Notes under the pieces: model-generated | What the model saw: the letters and a program-made list of their open reading frames with translations, nothing else | Databases searched by the model: none | What the model was told of the DNA's origin: nothing | Made by a program: the position numbers and the translations under genes | Assembly: GCA_951406725.2 (NCBI GenBank) | Contig: OX597830.1 | Coordinates: 1,674,001 to 1,738,000 of the forward strand | DNA from: Octopus vulgaris | Taxonomy: Eukaryota | Length of the DNA stretch: 64,000 bases | Direction: 5' to 3' | Part shown: positions 22,836 to 36,385 of the stretch, in pieces | How positions within the stretch are numbered: position 1 is the stretch's first letter | How the letters are laid out: every line of letters begins with the position of its first letter

Positions 22836-24099
22836 ATTTTGAAACCTGTAGCTTTAGCTACCCTTGTTAATGCACTCAACAATATAACTTCCCATTCGGT
22901 GCCAACAGGCAACTTGACATTCAGTTGTACACTTCTTGGTATTACGGGCAGAAATTGTACGAAGAGAAGCGACTTTAACCTCAAACCCAATCAGCTCAAA
23001 CAGACACCCCTGAGAAGTAGAAAATATTAAGAGGAGCTTCTAGAATTTTGTTTATATATTTTCGTTTTCTGTTTCCCTTTCTTTCTCTCTCCATCTCCTC
23101 TTCTCTCTTTCTTTCTCTCTATCCCTCTTCTTTTTCTTGCATCAATCTCACTTCACACCTATCTCCAAAGTCACCAACCTCGTTTACATTATTAAAACAC
23201 CTGGAGACGTGCACGTCTCCCACGTTTACAAAGAAACCTAAGCACAGGACCATCCTCATCCAATTACCAGTCACCGTGTTTATAATCTTGTTTCCCCTGT
23301 AAGCATATTGACTTCTCCTATACTCTTGACTTGTATTCCACCACCAAAAACCACAAGTTCTACTCAGAGATTCCTGTCGATTTAACGTTTTTGTCCGACC
23401 ATTGCTTAGTTCACATGTTGCTAATGTGTAATAATGTCAGGAGGCCACCAAATAGTTTTATTTAACTTATTTGTTTTGTTACATTTTACAGACAATCTGA
23501 TTTCGGTCAGCTCCATCTCGTGGACCGATAACATCCTACCTACATCCCTCACAACAACAAAACTCCTACCCACAATGCCCAAAGCCTATTTCCGAACACC
23601 ATCAAAATTAATCCTTCAAATCTTTCTCTTGTAGCATTATTTTTAAATGGGGTTCACCATAGAGACAGAAAGAAAGAAAGACAGAGACAAAGGGAGACAG
23701 AAAGAGAATGAGTGTATACAATTTATAAACTGTGTTTGCATGTATATATATATATGCGTGTGTGCATGTCTGCATTGGCTGTAGTGTAGAGTGTTACGAA
23801 TACATTACATTGAAACAACGTCTGTATACTCCAGCCAGAACATCACTTCACTTGTCGTTTAAAAGCAGATGAATAGGGACTTGAGTTCTTCTTTAGGATC
23901 TCAACAAGTGCATAGGGGTTAAGTTTATCTAAGAAAATAAAAAAAAAGGAGTAAGTGTTCTTTTGCATTTTCTCTGACATTTCAATGATTCGATCCACCA
24001 CAACGGTGAATGGGAAACAACTGTCAATGATATTTCTGAGCATAGATAGTTTTTCACGTTCTCGCACCTCATAAAATACAGCCACCTTCATGTTTTTTG

Positions 24100-24870
24100 C
24101 CAAGATCTCCTATATTTAACTCAAAATTTCTTCCTAGGTTTATTTCTTCAACCAAAAGTTTTAGTACTCCTATCGGTAAATCAAACTAAACTGTATCAGT
24201 CCGTCTGCTACGAAACTATCACCCTCACATTCACTATTTAAAACACGATGGAAGCATATGTAAGTAAACCTTCCCCCATTTATCTGATTTACTCTTTCTC
24301 TCCTCTCTATGATCATCATGTTCGTGTTTTTAAGGAATTAGACTTTTGAATATTTCTTCTTCTCATACTGCGCCAATAGTATCTGGTTCTTGAGAAATTT
24401 TGTATATTTTCAGATATCTACTTTGACAAACTCCTACTTATTTCCGTGTTTTATCATACTACTGTACAGTGTGCACTGTAGACTGTTCCCTTCAAATGTT
24501 TATTCCTCAGGTCATATTAAATCTCCAGCATTCTTAATTTTCAATTAATATCTTCAGTTTCTGTTACTTCTATCCCCGCCACGCACATATCTATACACAG
24601 TATGCAATTGCCCACTTTTTTTGGCCTTTTTCGAAATTAATTGTCTTTCCGTAAGAAATTTAATGATTATTGCATTTGGAACTCGGTAATATCTCGCCAG
24701 CGTCACTGGAAAATATCCGTCCGTGTTTTCTCTCTCTATATATATACAACAATGAAAATTATGTTCCTCGCTCTTATCATGTCCATTGCTGATATCCTTT
24801 TCCAGTGGATTGTCACAATATCTTCTGCAATAAATGTTCATGCTGCATCTTCATTACCCTTCTGTCCCAC
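24100..24870 (-). pseudogene. Highly decayed RTE-like RT fragment
   Basis: Minus-strand traces FIAEDIV (LFADDIV-like) and LKGTVYSA (KGxVYxA-like) in the expected order. Confidence 0.35.
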
Positions 24871-25221
24871 CGTACTTTTCCATTAAGGAGCAGATGGTGT
24901 CTCTACAGTGCTCACTCAACTTTTGACCTGAAATCTAGTAATAAAAACATTACTAAACAAAAAAATCAACTTCGCACAGTTAAAAACTTTGAAGAGATCA
25001 TCAGTAGTTATATAAAACGGACAACAAAACCGAAGTTTAAAATTTGAAATTACAAAAAAATGACGTGCTTAATAATTTAATAATTTCTTTAACTTGCAGA
25101 AATAGAGAATTCTGTACAGCATACACACACACACACAAGCGCGCGCACGCACACACACACACATAAGTACGTGAGTTAATGTTTAGAGAGAGACAACCTG
25201 CAATATTTTCCCTTCATGGGA

Positions 25222-25412
25222 AGGCGGTGAGCAACCAGAATCGCCAGGACAACGGACAAAATGCTTAGTGGGATTTCGTCCATCTTTACGTTATAAGTTC
25301 AAATTCCGTCGAGATCAACTTTGCCTTTCATCTCCTATGGTAGATAAAACAGGTACTATTTGAGTACAAGGAGCGATGTAATCGACTTATCCCCACTTCC
25401 CAAAATTGCAGG
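25222..25412 (+). mobile_element. CORE-type SINE
   Basis: AGGCGGTGAGC head, AGTTCAAATTCCGTCGAG B-box/core, GATGTAATCGACTT. Confidence 0.8.
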
Positions 25413-26836
25413 TCATAGAACCCAATTTTTACCTTCACTGAACCCAATATTTACTTTCGTTTTGATGTTGACTTTTAGTTACTGCACAACCAGCAATTCT
25501 AACATAATTCTAATACTAAAGTCTCATTATTGCAACAGAAATCAATAAACCAAGTGTTCAAATCTTGATAATTTTAATTGAAACTTACTATACGTTCAGA
25601 TCTGTAACTGAAGATTTAACAGAAGCAACAATGTTCAAGAAAGAATATTCTATGACAAGTTTTAGTGTCAGTTTAGCTCCAACTAATAATAGTAAATGAC
25701 AAACGGAAATAATAGTTTCTGTATTTTATCGTTGTAGCAAACTTCTTTCTTAAAATTCCCTAAAAATCATCAGGAATCGTACATTGATACGCTTCGAATT
25801 CTGTAAGTAGGAGTTAGAAATATATTTGTTTTCGTACACGCATGTGTGTGGGCGGAGTATGACCATTAGTTATAAGTTGTGTATGTATGTCTTGTGAATC
25901 TATAACAGTGTGTGATAACGTTTGTGTCTGTATGTGTGTGTATTGTGTGATAGAGAATTGATGAAAGATGTGAGCCATGCAAGATATCTTTAAATAGACA
26001 TGGATGTATCTATTTTGTTTGGTTTTTTTGTTGTGTAACGTATATTGTCTATTGTCGTGTGTATATGTTAAGTCATGAATGCATTGTATACATCTTTTGT
26101 TTAGGTATTATATGAATAGATACGTCTTTGTGGCTCTTTATTTCATTCTATGCTGTACACCCCTAATAGTAAGTTATTGGACAGTTTCTATACCGTAACA
26201 GGTTTATCTATGAAAAGCAATTGAGCTTCACCGAACCTTGGTCCATTTCTAAAGAAAGGGCTCATGTGTGGAGTACTCCACGAGTCCTGTCCAAACGTAA
26301 TCGTTACTGAGAGCGAAAGAGAGAGAGGGGGAGGAGAGACAGACACATAGGTAAACAAAGAGAAGCAGATAAAGACAGACAGAAGTGAAAGAGAAAGTAA
26401 AACGGAGAGATCGAAAGAAAATCTAAAGGGAAATATATATATATGGGTATATATGCACATGTAGTAAGCTACATGTGATAAAGAAAAAGTTCCAAGTACT
26501 CAATACTTAGTCAAATATTTATTACGGTGTGGTGGTGTACTCAACTTACTAACCCATGGCATTCAGTCTTTAACAAAATTTTGTTAATTGCAATCAACAG
26601 ACAGCGTATTCTAAGGAACATACGTTTCGCGTGACAACTTTCGGTTATACACGCAAGCAGAATATGGTACAAAAGCCGTCATTTTTTTATTTTCTTTTTA
26701 CGCATTCATTGAGAGAACTCCTTTAGATTAATTATTAAAGGTTGAGAATGCTGAAATATTGCCAAATTTTAAAATTTAATTGTTTTTTGCACGTCTGCAT
26801 ATGTGTTTGAGTATGTGTGTGTGTAGTATATGTGGT

Positions 26837-26902
<66 letters not shown>

Positions 26903-27299
26903 CGTTTTCATAATGCCCTTCCTTGTGTGTGTTGTTTGGATTGACTTCAAATTCTATGTAACAACCAAAACAAGAAAATATATATATCTCAGTATTGACC
27001 CTCCATAGAAATGATTGATGAAAGCGCTGCTGCTAAACTAAACAGCCCAGATCACCTGGTTATTCCCTGCATTCTGGTTCTGTCTTTCAATAAGGATATG
27101 TCTCCAAGATGGACTTCGTTATAGAATAATTGAATTTATTGCTGACAAGTTACTTCTTAAATAATTCAAATGAGTTAATTAAACAGAAATTGTCTTCATT
27201 AAGATTAATTGTCTCGGAAATACTGTGAAATAGGAAATCTTTGTTTCATTATTATTAATTCCGCATGATGATAGTGATGATGATGATGGCAATGATAAC

Positions 27300-27333
<34 letters not shown>

Positions 27334-27367
27334 TTTTTAAAGGATTGACGTAACTCCTCACAAAGGT

Positions 27368-30173
27368 AAATAGAGAATACGAAGAGCGCGATGTGACTGC
27401 AATAGATGTTTTATTAGTTGAACGCTATTTCGACAGCTTGCCTGTCTTTGTTATGTTCAAAAGGAAAAGTGATACATAGAAATTCAAATTGCAAATTTGA
27501 ACGGGGACACCCAGCGTTCCCACGTTGATAGAATGACATCATTGTATTCAATTTTCAAGTTTACAATTGGAAAAAGAGAAAAAAAGAAAAAAGAGAAAAA
27601 CAAGAAAATAAAATAAAAGGAAAATCTCGTCAGACAGGTATTAAGGTAAGTCTTAAAACAATTGGCAAGAAGTCCTGGAATAACGTCACAAACTCCCAGC
27701 ATTACGACACTCCGTCGTCTAGCTAATAATGATGCGATTGTTATTAAAATATCGGAGGATTATGCATTTATGTAATTATGGGCAAAAGTGAGCAAAGTGT
27801 AATTATGGGCAAAACTGCTTGTGAAGGAGTTTTAAGTGACGAAACTTCACATGAAGAATTACCTGTCGATCCAGACTCCAATAAAAAGAAGAACTTGGCA
27901 AATTAATTCCGGAAATGGAGGAAAACAATATCATTAATAAGGTTGAATCCAGGATTTTATGGTCAAAAAGAAGAAATTCTTCTTTATGCCTTTAACCCTC
28001 CAACGCGGAGTATTGGCCACTTATAGTTGAATTCCATGTCGCATAATTTTTGGCTTCTGTACTTATACTCTGCCATGAATGTCCCCCTTTCATTAGTTCC
28101 TTTTGTGTTGATCTCCGCCACCAGTTCTTAGGCCTACCTCTCCTTCCTTCTATATACATCTAGTTGTAAACTTGAAAATTGAAGACGATGATGTCATTCT
28201 ATCAACGTGGGAACGCTGGGTGTCCCCGTTCAAATTTTTAATTTGAACTTCTATGTATCACTTTTCATTTTGAAAGGTAAGTTGTCGAAATATCGTTCAA
28301 CCAATATATGGTCTCTCCAAAATGCACAAAAATTTCAAAAGATTTCCTCCAATGCGCCCAATTTGCAGCTGATATGATGGTTGTACAGCCAAACTTTCGG
28401 AGTGGCTGCATGGCTTTCTATTCCCTGTCGCAAAAAGATCAAGTTCCGATATTTGGGATACTTTTGACTTTGTGTCTAAAATCAACAACTTTTTTTAAAC
28501 CTCGAAGCCATGTCGAAAACTGTTTTTTGGTAACCGTGGATATTTCTTCCTTATATTCCAATATTAACCACGATAAAGAGCTAAGAGAATGGATGAATGT
28601 TTTCGGAAAACGGTCAATCAAAAGTACTCCATCTAATTTTGTCTGTAGGCTATTGAGGTTTGTGTTAGAAACTAACACAATGAAGCTTCGACAAAAATGT
28701 TACCACTAGACGAGGGGTTGTGCCATGGGTACCCACATGGCAGTTAATTTCGCTAATGTCTTCATAATGAAATTTGAGACACAGTCACGGAAGACATTCA
28801 AATCCCTACATGGTCATAAACCAATACTACGGTTTACGGTTCATTGATGATATCTTTTTTGCCTGGGAAGAATCACAGGATAGTTTATTGACTTCTTGCA
28901 TTTCTGTGACTGTTATGCTAAAAACGTTTTAAGTCCAACGTAAAATTTACGTCTAGTTTTTCAACAACTAGCATTGAAGTTTTGACACAAAGTTAAGTTT
29001 TTTGGAGGCAGAATAGTGACAGTTATTTTGCAAGCCCATGTCATCTCACATTAACCTCCACCGCTGCTCCAATCATCCACATCATATAATTCGGTCAAAT
29101 CAGAAACCCCCAATTTTTGAGGATAAACAATTTCCTACTGACATAGGGGTTTACTGGAAACATGCAAATGCTTTTATACATCATTATGTCAAACGCATTT
29201 ACAGTGAATCACAATTAAAGGAAATTGCAAAAGACTTGGCGAAGATTAGCAAGGAAAGTCAAACGTGCACGTATAATTTTAGCAAACAAAGTACTTGTGA
29301 CAGAATTCCTTTAGGGATAAAGTGGCACCGAAATCTCGCTGGCATTTCAAAAGTGTTACATGAACGTTACCCGTATGTAGCGGAAAATTATTCTAGTTTC
29401 AAATATTTTCTCAGCTGTCTATTGTAGCCCTTAGACGGAATGAAGCTATAATAAAACATTGAGCCTCTACTACAGACTCCAAGAAAGCTAACATGGCAGT
29501 TTCTGCACCTTGAAAAATCCAAGAGAGGTAAACCCTGATGAGTCAAATGAATCCCATCAGGAATCATAACAGAAATATTATCATTTTCACGGAAGAAAGC
29601 CATTTGGTGTAGGCAGTAGAATGCACCAAACACAACTTGATTTATGTAGGTTGTGCAACGGAACAATTAACCAAAAGATTCAATGGGCGTAGATGTGACG
29701 TCAGTCACAATAACAGTAGTTCGATAGAACTTGCTGAACATTTTGCTTCAAACGGCTGCAATTTTGAAAAAGAATTAAAAGTGCGTATTCTCAGAAAATA
29801 TTCTGAATCTGCTAAACTTTCGGTACTCAATATTCATGAGGAGATATAAGTTTGTGATTTATTAAAATTACGCCATGAAGGGATAAATAAAATGACAGAA
29901 TTTCATCACATTTACACAAAACTGTTTGATTAGATATACTTCTTTTCCCCTTCTTCTTTTTCTTTTTTCTCTTTTTTCCTTTCTTCTACCTTTTACTCTT
30001 TGTAAACGAGAAAAGTGCATCAACGTGGGAAAGCCGATAGCTCTCGGTGAAATTTTGAATTTATATCTATCACTTTTCATTCTGAACTCGACAACGAGAC
30101 AGACAAGCCGTCGAAATATCGTTCAACCAATAAATTGTTTATTAGAATCACATCGCAGTCTTTGTATTGTCTT
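27368..30173 (+). mobile_element. Decayed Penelope-like element (RT + GIY-YIG) with one inverted and two direct pLTR copies
   Basis: RT motifs LVTVDISSLYSNI, GCAMGT..AVNFAN, RFIDDIF. GIY-YIG-like IYVG..KRFN..LAEHF (29637-29849). pLTR copies at ~27368-27567 (inverted), ~28164-28305 and ~30000-30173, sharing TCGAAATA(T/G)CGTTCAAC. Confidence 0.85.
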
Positions 30174-30222
30174 ATAATAATAATAATAATAATAACAATA
30201 ATAACAATAATAACAATAGTAA

Positions 30223-30254
<32 letters not shown>

Positions 30255-30260
30255 AGAAGA

Positions 30261-31158
30261 CAAAGCCCTGACCCAGTAATGGCTAATGGCCTCTGGCTTA
30301 AAATCTGAAACAGAAGGGTTTATCATAGCAGCTCAAGATCAATGCCTACCAACATGGAACTACCAGGCCAACATATTAAAGAACGGCAGTAGCCCAACAT
30401 GTCGTGTATGTCAACAACAAAATGAAACCATTGATCATGTTGTCTCCAAGTGCAGTCTTCTAGCGCTTACAGAGTATCTCAACAGACACGATAGAGCTGC
30501 ACAATATATTCACTGGGTAATCTGCAAAAATCTGGATTTGCCCCATGAAAAAAACTGGTGGGAACACAAACCACCCCCAGTGCTTGAAAATGACCACATC
30601 TCACTCCTCTGGAACTTCACCATTCAAACTGACAGAAAGATAGATGCAAATAGGCCAGACATCATATTGAAAGACTTCAAACAAAGAACATGCCTCCTCA
30701 TTGATATGACTGTCCCAATCGATATAAACGTATCTGTCAAGACCTACCAAAAACTGAGCAAATATAAAGATCTTGAAATAGAAATCAGCAAAATGTGGAA
30801 CCTGAAGACTAAAACAATACCTGTTGTCATAGGTGCCCTGGGAATGATAGCGAAAGGGGCTGATTGCTACCTAACTCAGATACCAGGAAACCCAAAAATG
30901 GCAGAAATTCAAAAGATAGTGCTCATGGGAACTGCTCATATCCTACGCAAAATACTTTCTTATGTAATCTCAAGTTTTAAAACAAACATAATTTTTGTAT
31001 GGTTTTTTAGACATTCACTAGTACAACACTAAATACAAAACCAAATATATGGCACACTAGGCATAACAACAACATGAACTTCCAACCTGTTGTCTCTTGA
31101 GGTCTCTGGGTGAGACTTGGAGACAACTTGTACAAATGTAAAGCAAAAGTCAAACATA

Positions 31159-31159
<1 letters not shown>
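30261..31159 (+). mobile_element. 5'-truncated Dong/R4-like RLE non-LTR retrotransposon (ORF 30286-31032), ending in (AAT)n
   Basis: ETEGFIIAAQDQ, CRVC..ETIDHVVSKC finger, RHD, RPDI, IDMTVP, KYKDL, PVVIGALG, GTAHILRK. (AAT)n at 31160-31205. Confidence 0.9.
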
Positions 31160-31205
<46 letters not shown>

Positions 31206-31208
<3 letters not shown>

Positions 31209-31669
31209 GATGGGCTACAGCAAATATTCTGCTCAATACCACATATTTGCTTGTCAGTTGTTTGACCTTAAACGGTTGAGCATGTCCCTTAGTGGCTGAC
31301 GATATGTGCTTCTCTGATCACGAGCAGAAGTAGTGGGGGAGCATCATAGCCATGTGTTGAGAGGGATTCTTTGGGGTTTGAATAATTCACCTCTGGAAAC
31401 TTAGGTGGTTCTTTCAACATCCTTAAACAACCCTTATTGAGGGACCTTTTGAGCGGGATGGGCTACTCAACCTGAAGAAAATTCTAACTGGGCCCCACCT
31501 GCAAGGTCATGCACTGTTTATCTTGATATGAGACCACCATGTCGCGCACATATGGTTGTGATGCATGTGCCTGGTGTACCCTTATCAGACGGGTAGTCAT
31601 GATGGGTATATTGGACTTCGTATATTTTACCCCAGTGTCACTTTGATGGCATGAACTGCTCTCTCACTC
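31206..31669 (+). mobile_element. 3' end of a second Dong/R4-like family in (AAT)n
   Basis: Second copy of 5857-6292. Starts with ATGGGC(T)ACAGCAAATATTCTG = MGTANIL, matching the ORF end MGTAHIL of the neighbouring element. (AAT)n on both sides. Confidence 0.7.
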
Positions 31670-31717
<48 letters not shown>

Positions 31718-31724
31718 TATAATA

Positions 31725-32080
31725 AACTTGAGCCAACTTGTACAAATGCAAAGCAATAGTCAAACATATAATAATAATGATAATGATAATAGTTGATATG
31801 ACTGTCCCAGTCGACATAAATGTATCTGTCAAGACTTACCAAAAACTGAGCAAGTATGAAGACCTTAAAATATAAATTGGCAAAATGTGGAGCCTGAAGA
31901 TTAAAACAATACCTGTTGTCATCGGTGTCCTAGGAATGATAACAAAAAGGACTGATTCCTACCCAGCTCAGATACCAGGAAAACCCAAAATGGCAGAAAT
32001 TCAAACAATATTGCTCATGGGAACTACCCATAACCTACCAAAATACTATACAATCTCAAATCTTAAAACAAACTTATAAT
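31725..32080 (+). mobile_element. Two further Dong/R4-like fragments: a terminal ~45 bp and an endonuclease C-terminus
   Basis: 31725-31770 duplicates the 3' terminus at ~31115-31159. 31792-32050 encodes VDMTVPVDINVSVKTYQKLSKY..PVVIGVLG..LMGTTH. Confidence 0.85.
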
Positions 32081-32403
32081 CATCTTATGTTTTCTTAAAC
32101 ATACTTGAGAACAATACTTTGTGCAAAACTAAATAAAGCATTCTGTCACAAGGTTTCTGCATTGTTTTCTTACTTCAAACAGTACAGCTTTGTTTATTAA
32201 AAGTTGTTCGGCACATCCCCTCACTCACTTCTTTCCACCAGCCAGTTCATCAGTCATAATATTGTTATACTCTCAATGGTCCTGGAGGAATTGGTTGAGG
32301 CAACTTGTGTACAGTTTGTACATAATGCTTAGGCAAGCAATGAGCCTTCAGTTTCCTGCCACCTCAGTGATTTTATTAATGACAACACGATTTGTCCCTG
32401 CTC

Positions 32404-32579
32404 TATGTATGTATGTATGTATGTATGTATGTATGTATGTATGTATGTATGTATGTATGTATGTATGTATGTATGTATGTATGTATGTATGTATGTATGT
32501 ATGTATGTGTGTGTATGTATGTATGTATGTATGTATGTATGTATGTATGTATGTATGTATGTGTGTGTGTGTGTGTGTG
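32404..32579. repeat. (TATG)n/(TG)n microsatellite, representative of many tracts
   Basis: Read directly. Other tracts include (CT)n ~14630-14688, (TA)n ~21783-21834, (TG)n ~26839-26900, (GATA)n ~34637-34703, compound ~48252-48402, (TACA)n ~54018-54160, (TA)n ~58187-58252. Confidence 0.98.
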
Positions 32580-33350
32580 GAGAGAAAATGAAGTCATTCT
32601 TTTAGAATAGGGGAGCTCACATCAACTACATGTAAATATTTTGTTTAAACCCCCTTGCAATCATACACACACATACACATACACACACACAAACACACAC
32701 ATGTATATATATATATATATATATATAATACTTTAGCAAACCCATGAGCGTCAGAACCATCCCCAATATCATCACGACAGTTGTCATGACTTATTAGCAG
32801 CAATCCACCATTATTAGCCAAGCTTGGAACTTTTAGACTGACTCCACCGTCTTAGAATGTTAATTGAAACTAAACAGTAACCAGAATTGTACCACCCACT
32901 AAATCCATCAATGCGCCATACTGTATATACTTTAATCCGATTATATAGAATCTGCCTTAACAAACGAAGGAGCCTCTATGTGGTCTACCAACCTGCTAAA
33001 AGCAGTAGTCTGATTCTAAAAGATACTTTAAAAAAAGGACAAATATGATATCTCGCCCCTTGATACACTGTTTCAAAAACATGAAATCCAGAGGGTTCTC
33101 GGCTGGAATGACTTCAGGTTTTGCGGTTTATCTCGGCCTAATTAACAATGTTTTATATGCATTCTTGTACACCATCTCTCTGGCACCAGTATAAGAACCG
33201 ACAACACACACATGTATATGTATGTGTGTATGTGTGTGTGTGTGTGCGTGTGTTATACTACATCCAGAATATCTTTGATAAATGATCTTCGTCCCTTTCA
33301 GGTCGATAAATATAATGTTAGCGAAGTCATATCATCGTTTCTCCTGCTCC

Positions 33351-33388
<38 letters not shown>

Positions 33389-34637
33389 ATGACTATTTTA
33401 AGGGGACTAGAAAGAATTACTTATACCTTGGCCCCACTACTCCTTTCATCACATGTCTGTGAAGTACAAAGAAGTGAGAAAAAATTGCATTTTCCAAGAA
33501 GAATATGAAACTTCTTTCTCGTTGTTTTATTTCGGGAGTCCTCCGTTTACCTTTTAATTAAGTGAATTTGATTAATAACTATATATACCCTTTTGAGGTA
33601 TATTATAAGTTTGAGGGAAAAAATGAAGAAAATCTCCCGCAGTACTTGGCTTATATTATATTTAAATACCACAAAATGATTAAATGGACATTAGACCTCA
33701 GTGATATTTGAACTCAGACAGCGGAGATACAGCTTAAAAAATTGAAAACAGAAAAAAACAAAAAAAAAAACATATATAATTTCCATCTCTCAAAATGCTG
33801 GCAGCAGAAATGTCAGTTTGCTAGACTAAGTCTTTGACTCAATACTGTCAGACTTCAATTTACCGATTTCAAACTTTGCAATAGATTTCTATGCCTCCTG
33901 GGCTCAACTAATATAACGGCTGTAAAATATTTTCATCCAATTCACTCAATGATGATCCTTCTTCACAAACATTGGCCTTACGCCAGGTGAAAAATGAATG
34001 ATAGATAAATTCAGCGCAAGACTTTGTTGATGATCGACGGTTATAATATTCTCTGCATAAGAACCGCCCCAACAGCCAGTGGTCATCGGGAAAATATCAA
34101 AGTTGAAATGTAACACTAAAACACTGTGTACGATGCTACATGTAAATATATTGTATAGAACTTTGGATAAACATTAAGCAGCCTCCGGTTGTCATCTTCG
34201 ACGTCTGCAGATGACAAGTAGTCTTCACTACTGAAAGCACGGTTCCACCTAAACATAAAGAGGTGAAAGTTAGTCAACAAGCATTAAATTAGTTCATAGA
34301 ACGTAACTTTCAACAATTCAAAACCATGTTTCTTGTCATAGAACTCTTTATTCCAGTCTTATGGTTTTCTGTTATATTCCTGCAAGTACTCCACACCATC
34401 ATAATATGAAATATATTCAAATTATCTCAAATCACCAATAAGCTGTCAAAAAGCAGACATTTTTCGAAGTTAAACACCCAAAGATTTTGCTTCCATTTAT
34501 GGTACATCTTAGGAATTATTATTTACATGATATGTAAATAAAGGTATTTACATATTTATTAAAGTAAGGTGAAGTGAAATAGAATGTGATACACATGCAG
34601 ATACACGGGCACACGTAATTCATATATGGATATAGAT

Positions 34638-34704
<67 letters not shown>

Positions 34705-34835
34705 TCCAAACAGAGTGACGAAAGAGAGACTGCAATGGAAAAGAGAGTATTTAGAGAAAAAGACAAAGATGACACACACACATATATACATACATACATG
34801 TATATATATATATACATACATGTATATATATATAT

Positions 34836-34868
<33 letters not shown>

Positions 34869-36156
34869 CATGCGTTCATAAACGTATATATACATGCATA
34901 ACTAAATCGCTGAGTGCGAGGCAGAAATTAATGAGAAAATGATCGAGGGATTGCGATAAGATACTGAGAGACTCTGAGAGAGAGAGAGAGAAAGAGGGAG
35001 AGGAGAACGGTGAAGTAAGCCACGTTGGCTCTCTTGAAGCTACTAATGTTGTTCTATGTAAAATATACATGTATGAATGATTACACAGAGAATTTGGCTG
35101 ATTTACATTTTTGATATCTTAACAGGACACTGAACAGAATAGAGATTCGCGCTAAGTCACTAAATCTGTGCATCTTAATTTTGAGAAAATCGGAATAAAT
35201 TATATTTTATAGCTATAAAAATATGTAAGTAATTTTATTTCTGTTCACAATTACTGAATTATAGAAAGATTAAGTCAGCCCCACATACTCAATGGCAGAG
35301 TGATAGAAGCACGCACATAACCAGACATGCAAATATATGTGTGTGTGTGTGTGTATTTATACTTTTACATAAATGCATATTTATATACACACGCAAACTG
35401 CTGCAGACATCGATACATGTGTATATGTATGTGTATGTTTCTCTGTATATATGTACGTATATATGAATGGATGGATGTATAGATGCATATTTGTGCATCT
35501 GTTTGTGGTTTTATCTATGTAAATGATGTATATGCTTGTATATATGACTGTATATAAACGTATATGCATGTGCATATATATACATAGACATACTTTCATG
35601 TGTTTGTATTTATATAAATATGTATGTGTGTGTGTATGTGTGTGAGAATTTGTTTCGTCCCGGAGAGAGGTCGCCATTTAAAATGTTTAGTTGCCATAAA
35701 AATGATATTATTTCTAATAATGGTTGTTTATGGTTTATATTTCTAGACAGCATGCAGTGTAACAGGTTTATTTAACAGCATTCACTTTCGTGTATTCGGG
35801 GTTTCGCTTGTGCCACTTGTTGTTATTGTTGTTATTGACATTGTGGGGGGTGATGGTGGTGAGCAGAGGACAAGATGATTGTAAAATAGAGGTAATTATG
35901 CAACATTAGTGGTCTTATAATTTGGTGTTCAAACTTGTTTAACAGTAGTGTAAACGTGGATCGAATACGAATTATTTTTAGTGTGGAGGGATCTGAGTGG
36001 ATGTCTATTGGTTCAGAGGATGATTCCAAGAATTGTTTGATAACTTCAGTTTCTCTCACAAATGAAGAAGATACAATGCGTTGGTCTCATACTTCTTTTA
36101 GTCTTAGTGACCCAGTCCCGGAGAATGTAACAGTACTCTTGATCTTCACAAATTCT

Positions 36157-36385
36157 AGGGCGGCGAGCTGGTTGAAGCGTTAGCACGCCGGGCGAAATGC
36201 GTGGCCGTATTTCGTCTGCCGTTACATTCTGAGTTCAAATTCCGCCGAGGTCGACTTTACCTTTCATCCTTTCGGGGTCGATAAATTAAGTACCAGTTAC
36301 GCACTGGGGTCGATGTAATCGACTTAATCCCTTTGTCCTTGTTTGTCCACTCTATGTTTAGCCCCTTGTGGGTAGTAAAGAAATA
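36157..36385 (+). mobile_element. Complete young CORE-type tRNA SINE with Tx1-like tail and 16-bp TSD
   Basis: Perfect TSD GATCTTCACAAATTCT at 36141-36156 and 36386-36401. A-box-like head, B-box GAGTTCAAATTCC, tail GCCCCTTGTGGGTAGTAAAGAAATA with no poly-A. Confidence 0.93.

Noticed and set aside
22850-23400. Second Penelope GIY-YIG relic (LLGITGR)
   Set aside because: A single weak motif, too decayed to call.
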